A stretch of 64,000 bases of DNA, from NCBI GenBank assembly GCA_027487075.1, contig JAIYEG010000006.1, positions 4,468 to 68,467 of the forward strand. Reading direction: 5' to 3'. Below the pieces are notes generated by a model, which was not told where the DNA came from, made no database searches, and saw nothing but the letters and a program-made list of their open reading frames with translations. Shown here piece by piece: positions 56,945 through 64,000 of the stretch; within the stretch, counting starts at the first letter, position 1; each line of letters starts with the position of its first letter. The DNA comes from a bacterium (lineage in GTDB: Bacteria > Patescibacteriota > Minisyncoccia > Phycocordibacterales > CALRBL01). Both the position numbers and the translations under genes were made by a program.

Positions 56945-57025
56945 AAGCTTCAAAGACTACAGGCGCCGCCGCAAGGCTATAAGTCCTGTATAGGAGATAC
57001 ACTCTACTATCGTCACTTGGGCTTT
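56945..57025 (+). promoter_or_regulatory. L10 (rplJ) leader autoregulatory RNA
   Basis: AAGACTACAGG..GCC-GCAA-GGC..TAAGTCCTGTA resembles the L10 leader; promoter TTGACA 56909 / TATTCT 56933. Confidence 0.65.
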
Positions 57026-57069
57026 TGGTCGAATCTCTTTATCAGCACATTACGTGTAAGAATCAGAAC

Positions 57070-57558
57070 ATGCCAATTACAAAGGAACAGAAGAAAGAAA
57101 CTCTTGATCAGATCAAGGGAGCAGTAAAAGATTCTTCATCAGTAGTCTTCGTAAACTTCCATGGACTTAACGTTGCGGATTCAAGTGAGATGCGTCGAGC
57201 ACTTCGCGCAAACAATGTTGGGTACTTGGTAGCAAAAAAGACACTTATCAAGAAAGCGCTTGAAGATCAGTCAATCGCGAGCGATATGCCCGTACTTGAT
57301 GGGGAAGTAGCAATTGCCTACAGCAAGGATGCTATCTCACCAGCGCGCGAGATCTACACATTCCAGAAGAAGTTTGACGGAAAACTTGCAATTCTCGGAG
57401 GTATCTTCGAGGGTTCATTCCGCGACAAGGAAAGTATGATGTCGATTGCTACCATCCCACCTCTACAGGTGCTCTATGGTCAGTTCGTCAACCTCATCAA
57501 TTCTCCTATTCAGGGGCTTGTACTCGCTCTCAATGCAATCGCAGAAAAGAAGCAGTAA
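57070..57558 (+). CDS. rplJ: 50S ribosomal protein L10
   Basis: MPITKEQK, F.GL.V..MRR.LR, VAKKTL; upstream of rplL. Confidence 0.95.
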   Translation: MPITKEQKKETLDQIKGAVKDSSSVVFVNFHGLNVADSSEMRRALRANNVGYLVAKKTLIKKALEDQSIASDMPVLDGEVAIAYSKDAISPAREIYTFQKKFDGKLAILGGIFEGSFRDKESMMSIATIPPLQVLYGQFVNLINSPIQGLVLALNAIAEKKQ

Positions 57559-57592
57559 GCAACGTTTATTTATTCATCATTAATCAATTATT

Positions 57593-58000
57593 ATGGCAGA
57601 AGAAAATACAAACGCAGTGATCGAAACTCCAGCACAGTTCAAGACTGTTGTTGAAGCTATCGAAAAGATGTCAGTACTTGAGCTCCACGAGCTCGTAAAG
57701 TTCCTCGAAAAGAAGTTTGGTGTATCAGCAGCTGCAGTAGCAGTAGCTGGTCCAGCAGCAGGAGGAGCTGCAGCAGCGGCTGAAGAGAAGTCTTCATTCG
57801 ATGTTGAACTCAAGGATGCTGGCGCACAGAAGATCGCTATCATCAAGGTAGTGAAGGAAGTGCTCGGACTTGGTCTTAAGGAAGCTAAGGACCTCGTTGA
57901 CGGTGCACCTGCAATGCTTAAGCAGGGTATGAAGAAGGAAGAAGCAGAAGCCCTCAAGAAGCAGATTGAAGACGCAGGAGGAAAGGTAGAACTCAAGTAA
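57593..58000 (+). CDS. rplL: 50S ribosomal protein L7/L12
   Basis: [29 protein letters not shown]. Confidence 0.97.
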   Translation: MAEENTNAVIETPAQFKTVVEAIEKMSVLELHELVKFLEKKFGVSAAAVAVAGPAAGGAAAAAEEKSSFDVELKDAGAQKIAIIKVVKEVLGLGLKEAKDLVDGAPAMLKQGMKKEEAEALKKQIEDAGGKVELK

Positions 58001-58083
58001 TACCACCCCTCAAAAAAGAGCCTCCAGACAACTCGTCTCGGGGCTCTTTTTTGTTGTGCCTGTAATCTGCTATACTATCGCTC

Positions 58084-58674
58084 ATGGATATTTTAGATAA
58101 ACTATTTGGGTCAGCCGGAAAGGTGCGTGTTATTAAGCTTTTTGTCTTTAATGTCGACCATCTTTTTGATGTAAAGTCTGTTATGCAGCGTGCACGTCTT
58201 ACCTCAGCGCAGGCGCGCAAAGAGCTTTCATTGCTCGCAAAGATTGGTCTCCTCAAGCAGAAGGGAAAGACGGGAAGTAAGATCTATTCTCTCAATGAAT
58301 CGTTCCCCTACGTGCGTCCCCTCACCGAGCTTATGACACACACCATCACTATCAGCTACGATGAGATCGTGAAGAAAATTGGTCGTACCTGCAAGCTCAA
58401 GAGTGTGGTGCTCTCAGGTATCTTTTTGGGGAACCAAGAAAGTCGTGTGGACATGCTCATTATCGGTAATCACTTCAACAAGAACGCGCTCACTAAGTGC
58501 ATGAAAAAGATAGAGACCGAAATTGGCAAAGAGATAAGCTACGCCATTCTAGAGACCGAGGATTTCAAGTTTCGTATGAGTGTGGGGGACCGTTTGGTGC
58601 GTGATATTTTGGAATTTCCTCATCAGGTTGCGTACGACAAAATAGGGTTACAGAGTGTGGAGAGTATGGTATAG
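58084..58674 (+). CDS. HTH plus nucleotidyltransferase-like fold protein
   Basis: LFGS N-terminal HTH; SG.F....SRVDMLIIG, E.EIGKEISY. Confidence 0.65.
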   Translation: MDILDKLFGSAGKVRVIKLFVFNVDHLFDVKSVMQRARLTSAQARKELSLLAKIGLLKQKGKTGSKIYSLNESFPYVRPLTELMTHTITISYDEIVKKIGRTCKLKSVVLSGIFLGNQESRVDMLIIGNHFNKNALTKCMKKIETEIGKEISYAILETEDFKFRMSVGDRLVRDILEFPHQVAYDKIGLQSVESMV

Positions 58675-58711
58675 TACAAGGGTCGGTATGTTATCAGCTT
58701 AATTCACCTTT

Positions 58712-59401
58712 ATGATTAACAATTACGGTACTTCCTTGGTTACTTCCTTTAATACCCTCGGTCCAGTGTTGCTTCAGATTGCAGCCCGACTTGTGATCGC
58801 GCTTGCTATCTTTATCATCGGTTGGATCGTCGGTATGTTCGTTGCAAGCATTGTTGAGAAAATCTTTAAGAAGCTCAATATTGATAATGCACTTCGAAAG
58901 GCTGGTGTAGAAAGCACCCTCCACAAGGGTGGTCTTACACTTAACTCAGGATACTTTGTTGGATCTCTTCTTAAGTGGTTCATCATCATTGTCTTCCTCA
59001 TTTCATCACTAGGTGTGTTGGGACTTACGCAGGTTACGTACTTCCTTCGAGAGATCGCCGTCGGATTTCTCCCACAGATTATTATTGCAATCCTCATCCT
59101 CATGGCAGCAGCTGTCATCGGTGATGTAGTGCAGCGAATTATTCGCGCTTCAGCAGGAGCAGCGGGTGTTCGCCCAGCACAGCTTCTTGGTGCTATTGCT
59201 AAGTGGATCATTTGGATCTTTGCAATCCTCACTGTCCTCGTACAGCTCGGTATCGCAGCAGACCTTATCCGCATTCTCTTTACTGGCATTGTGGTAGCAG
59301 GGGCTATTGCATTCGGTATTGCGTTCGGACTAGGAGGTCAGACTCATGCATCTCAGTTGATCGAGAAGATCAAGAAGGAGATCGGAGATCATCGCGAGTA
59401 A
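58712..59401 (+). CDS. TM-helix repeat protein (MscS-associated/CmpX-like)
   Basis: Multiple TMs; FLPQII.A; GIAFGLGG. Confidence 0.8.
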   Translation: MINNYGTSLVTSFNTLGPVLLQIAARLVIALAIFIIGWIVGMFVASIVEKIFKKLNIDNALRKAGVESTLHKGGLTLNSGYFVGSLLKWFIIIVFLISSLGVLGLTQVTYFLREIAVGFLPQIIIAILILMAAAVIGDVVQRIIRASAGAAGVRPAQLLGAIAKWIIWIFAILTVLVQLGIAADLIRILFTGIVVAGAIAFGIAFGLGGQTHASQLIEKIKKEIGDHRE

Positions 59402-59427
59402 GTCTATAAAGGCTCTTTCGGGAGATC

Positions 59428-59467
59428 GTAAAACCCTCTTGGAACCATGGTTCCAAGAGGGTTTTAC
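59428..59467. repeat. Perfect 40-bp palindrome (probable terminator)
   Basis: GTAAAACCCTCTTGGAACCA|TGGTTCCAAGAGGGTTTTAC. Confidence 0.85.
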
Positions 59468-59486
59468 CTTGGTTTGTGGGGTCTAT

Positions 59487-59514
59487 TTGACATTTATTTT
59501 TGCTCGTATATACT
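59487..59514 (+). promoter_or_regulatory. Promoter of the 23S rRNA gene
   Basis: TTGACA-N16-TATACT about 300 nt upstream of 23S. Confidence 0.65.
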
Positions 59515-60377
59515 CACTTCTACATCGCAAATATGTCACTCACCTCAAAACCCAAGCGCCTCGAATAACGCCCCATTGTTGAGTGTTATTCAAGACCGCT
59601 CGGAAGAGCGGTTTTTCTTTAAAACGATAGTTTTAAAGAAGATATAATCGCAAGCGAGGGGTCATGTTACGATGTCGATTTTTGACAAATCCATCCCGCC
59701 CCGACACTTTTGTTCAGAAGCCGCAAGGCCTATGAACAACTGGAGGTCTTTTCAGTTGGAGGCGGAAAGGTAATAGAAAGTAAATGTAAGTAATTGTGGT
59801 CTTTAAATTTCCTAATAGGAAATTAAGAGCATATGGTGGATGCCTTGACTTAAAGTGACGATGAAGGACGCTGCGTAGCTGCGATATGCTTCGGGGAGGT
59901 GCCAAGCAACCTTTGATCCGGAGATCTCCGAATGGGGAAACCCTACCGCTTCGGCGGTAATCCACGCGCTAGACGTGTGGAGGTGTTACCTGGGGAAGTA
60001 AAACATTTCAGTACCCAGAGGAATAGAAAAGAATGTCACATTGTGACGATATTTCGTTAGTAGCGGCGAGCGAAAACGAAAGAGCCCAAACCGAACTCCT
60101 CTATTGAAGGCGCTTCGTAGACTCAGCGCGCAAGTGCTGTGTCCGCGAGTTCCTTCGATAGGGTAGTTCGGGGTTGTAAGGTAGTGATCGTAATTTATTA
60201 CAGAGAGTTACAAATTATATTGTTAGCAGAATGAGCTGGAAAGCTCGGCCCAAGCAGGTGATAGCCCTTTACGCGAAAACAATATAACTCTCATCGCTAT
60301 TCTTGAGTACCTCGAGACACGAATGGCTCGGGGGAATCCAGCGGAACTAACCGCTAAGGCTAAATACACTTTAAGAT

Positions 60378-60420
<43 letters not shown>

Positions 60421-61835
60421 GGAGAGGGGAGTGAAATAGAACTGAAACCATATGTTTACAAGGAGTCGAAGAGGGTATTTATATCCTCGACGGCGTGCCT
60501 ATTGAAGAATGAGCCAACGAGTTGTTGCATGCGGCCCGGCTAAGTCCTAAGGGACGAAGTCATAGGGAAACCGAGTATTAATAGTGCGTTAGTCGTATGC
60601 ATCAGACCCGAAGCCAAGTGAGCTTGCCTTGCGCAGGGTGAAGTTCGCCGAAAGGCGGATGGAGGCCCGAACCGTTTTGCCGTTCAACACATTCGGATGA
60701 CGTGAGGTAAGAAGTGAAAAGCTAATCGAACTTGGTAATAGCTGGTTCTCTCCGAAATAGCTTTTGGGCTAGCGTCGGATGTTCCTTTTGGGGGTAGAGC
60801 ACTGGAAGGTCTCGACAGGGAGAAATCTCGCGAGACCTATCAAACTCCGAATACCAAAAGTTAATAGTCCGGCAGTTAGACCGTGGGGGCTAAGCTCCAC
60901 TGGTCAAAAGGGAAACAGCCCTTGATCTCAAGTTAAGGTCCCAAAATCTACGTTAAGTACACTTAAGGTGGTAGAATTTCTCTGACAATGAGGAGGTTGG
61001 CTTAGAAGCAGCCATCCTTTAAAGATAGCGTAACAGCTCACTCATCCAGAGATTCCGCGCCGCAAATGATCGGGGTTAAACGTAGTACCGAAGCTGAGGG
61101 CTTTCCGTGTGTTCGCACATGGGGAGCGGTAGGAGAGTGTTCCATTCGCGATGAAGGCAAAGGGGTGACCCATGCTGGAGCGCTTGGAAGTAAGAATGTT
61201 GGCACAAGTAACCACAATGCGGGTGAAATCCCCGCACGTCGAAAGATCCAGGTTTCCTTCGCTACGACAATCGGCGAAGGGTTAGTCGGCCCTAAGGGGA
61301 TGGCGAAAGCCGCACCCGATGGACACATGGTTAATATTCCATGACCGTTATATATTGCGATGGGAGGACGGAGAGTAGTATGTGTTGCGTATTATTGGAT
61401 TTACGTTCGTGTTGTAAGGATGAGTTCTAGGCAAATCCGGAACTCGCTAATCCAAGCAAAGCGAAAATGTCCGCCGAAAGACGGATAAATTATGCAAAGC
61501 ACTCTTCCAAGAAAAATCTCTAAGCTTCAAATATATAATGACCGTACCGCAAACCGACACAGGTGATCAGGGCGAGTAGCCCAAGACGAACGAGTGAGAA
61601 GTCCCCAAGGAACTCGGCAAAAAAGCAGCCGTAACTTCGGAATAAGGCTTGCCCCATTTCAGCAATGAAAGGGGGCCGCAGCTAAAGTATCTCTGGCAAC
61701 TGTTTACCAAAAACACAGCTCCCTGCGAACTCGTAAGAGGATGTATAGGGGGTGACACCTGACCAATGCCCGAAGGTCAAACGATGGCGGTGCGACACTA
61801 TTTATTTAGTGGCAAGCTGACCGTTGTAAGCCCGG

Positions 61836-61886
<51 letters not shown>

Positions 61887-62440
61887 TGGTAAGTTCAGAC
61901 GCGCACGAATGGTGTAATGACTGGAGAACTGTCTCGGGGACCTGCTCGGTGAAAATACAGTAGCGGTGAAGATGCCGCTTACCTGCAGTTAGACGAAAAG
62001 ACCCCAGAAGCTTTACTGCAACTTGGTATTGAATATACATTTCTGCTGCGTAGCATAGTGGTGAGACTTTGAAGTATCGATTTCGGTTGGTATGGAGTCG
62101 TCAGTGAAATAGCCATCTGTATTTGTGTATATTCTAACCTCAACGGCAAAAACGATGAGAGACAGTATCTGGCGGGCAGTTTTAGTGGGGCGCTATCCTC
62201 CCAAAAAGTAACGGAGGAGTTTATTAAGGTCAGCTAGGCGCGAATGGAAACCGTGCCGATAGTGTAATGGCACAAGCTGGCTTGACTGTGAGACGTATTT
62301 GTCAAACAGGCGCGAAAGCGGAACATAGTGAACCGACCATAGGCATTAGACGCCGTGGAAGATTATCAGACAAAAGCTACTCTGGGGATAACAGGCTGGT
62401 TGTATCTAAGAGTCCAAATCGACGATACAGTTCGGCACCT

Positions 62441-63244
62441 TAACACATCGGGGTGCCTAGGAAAGTAATTTCCTACAAAAAATCTTGGCTTATAACGGTG
62501 GACTCCATGTATAATTAATACATGGACAATACCGTGGGAAGTTTAACCAAATTGCAAAGATCAGTGATCATCGGAACCCTTTTAGGTGATGGATATGTGA
62601 GAATTGTTCCAAGAAGAGTACATGCTTTTCTTGAAATAAATCATTCAATCACTCAAAAGGAATACGTTGACTGGAAATATGAAATGTTAAAATCGGTATG
62701 CAAGTCTGGACCAATCCAAAGAAAAGGGAATGGAACAAGAATTGCATATAGATTTACGACAAGACAAAGCAAAGAATTAACTTCGCTTTATCAAGCTTTT
62801 TATCAAAATGGTAAAAAGATTATTCCGGAAATATTGGAAATTGATCCAATTTCACTCGCAGTGTGGTTCATGGATGATGGAAGTAGATGCAGAGAAAGAG
62901 ATGTCTATCTGAATACTCAACAATTTGATGTTGAAGATCAGAAAAAACTCATCTCTTTTCTGCAAAAATGGGGAATCGAGAGTACATTGAATAAAGATAA
63001 AATCTATTGGAGAATTCGAATCAAGAAATCTTCAATACATACCTTTTTCAAAATAATTTCTCCCCATGTTATTCCATCTATGAATTACAAAATTGGTTAT
63101 AACCCTGTAGAGACTTGTATTGAAGAGCAATTTCTTCATACAGAGCTGCTTCCAAGGGAAGCGGTTAACACGCCAACTCCTTTCTGATCAGAAAGGATGA
63201 AGATATAGTCCGATCCTTCTAGTAATAGAAGCAAAATACGACAG
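62441..63244 (+). mobile_element. Group I intron at 23S position 2500 (E. coli numbering)
   Basis: Exons GGCACCT^CGATGTC rejoin; P1 GGCACCT/GGGTGCC; P10 ACATCG/CGATGT; terminal G. Confidence 0.92.
62522..63187 (+). CDS. LAGLIDADG homing endonuclease (two-motif type)
   Basis: IIGTLLGDG and LAVWFMDDG motifs inside the intron. Confidence 0.92.
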   Translation: MDNTVGSLTKLQRSVIIGTLLGDGYVRIVPRRVHAFLEINHSITQKEYVDWKYEMLKSVCKSGPIQRKGNGTRIAYRFTTRQSKELTSLYQAFYQNGKKIIPEILEIDPISLAVWFMDDGSRCRERDVYLNTQQFDVEDQKKLISFLQKWGIESTLNKDKIYWRIRIKKSSIHTFFKIISPHVIPSMNYKIGYNPVETCIEEQFLHTELLPREAVNTPTPF

Positions 63245-63337
63245 CGATGTCGGCTCAACTTATCCTGGGGCTGGAGAAGGTCCCAAGGGTTTGGCTGTTC
63301 GCCAATTAAAAAGTTACGCGAGCTGGGTTCAGACCGT

Positions 63338-63714
63338 TTTGAATCGCAAGATTCAAAACAGATATATAGCGTGTTTTTGCGCAAGGTATTTGTTTTGACT
63401 TTAGGTTTAAAACACTCTGAATCCTTAGAGGAAAAATGAGAAATTTAATGTTATGTCTTTTCGACAAAAATGATAGAGATATCATGTTAGGAAACAACCA
63501 AAACGGCGGTCGTACATAGAGATGTGTATGAAAGCAGTTGACTTATATCGGTAGAAGCCCAATTTGAAAAAATGGCCAATACCGAGGGAAGAGGGTCCGT
63601 CCTTACCCGTAGAGACTGAACGTCAACCATCACGAATTTATTCGAGATGATATTACAGTCCGAACCTCACAGTAATGTGAGTTGCTAAGCAACAAAATTG
63701 TTTAGGTACACAAG
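63338..63714 (+). mobile_element. Group I intron at 23S position 2593, no endonuclease ORF
   Basis: Exons AGACCGT^CGTGAGAC rejoin; IGS ACGGCGGTC at about 63503-63511; GTAGAGACTGA and ACAGTCCGA core; terminal G. Confidence 0.9.
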
Positions 63715-63766
63715 CGTGAGACAGGTTGGTCTCCTATCTACTGCAGGCGTTGATTTTTGAGAAGAT

Positions 63767-63797
<31 letters not shown>

Positions 63798-64000
63798 TGA
63801 CCTCTGGTGTGTCTGCTGTCCTGCCAAGGGCACCGCAGAGTAGCTAAGTCGGGAATGGATAAACGCTGAAAGCATCTAAGCGTGAAGCCAGCTTCAAGAT
63901 AAGAAATCGTAGACCCGTAAGAGATGATTACGTTGATAGGCGCTAGATGTAAGCTCAGTAATGAGTTGAGTCGAGGCGTACTAATTAGTCGTATCCTATT

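Noticed and set aside
60090-60175. Intervening sequence near the 23S 5' end
   Set aside because: Folds as an extended helix in a normally variable region; no evidence of excision
63436-63519. 27-aa ORF in the L2593 intron loop
   Set aside because: Too short, no recognisable motif, overlaps the guide sequence

Overview
A compact bacterial chromosome segment. Gene content (pilMNO, rplK without rplA, alpha2-type GlyRS, IleRS2, an intron-containing 23S with no 16S upstream, very short intergenic spaces) points to Patescibacteria/CPR, probably Parcubacteria; this is an inference. It holds mostly translation, repair and thymidylate genes, 7 tRNAs, and a 23S rRNA with two group I introns (one with a LAGLIDADG ORF). 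Signals not explained by the annotation: (1) a winged-helix gene divergent from ftsK whose promoter and coding sequence carry about 12 TGTCYTTTAWA half-sites, including two perfect 20-bp palindromes; (2) seven copies of a structured intergenic repeat with a conserved core and covarying, locus-specific outer arms; (3) a second element family downstream of tRNAs, one copy carrying an antisense copy of its tRNA's 3' end; (4) widespread leaderless gene starts; (5) an orphan PEP-CTERM protein, a histidine-phosphatase domain inside IleRS, an AT-rich insert in GlyRS, and an EF-P with a non-canonical tip loop. All calls come from reading the sequence; no database searches were run.
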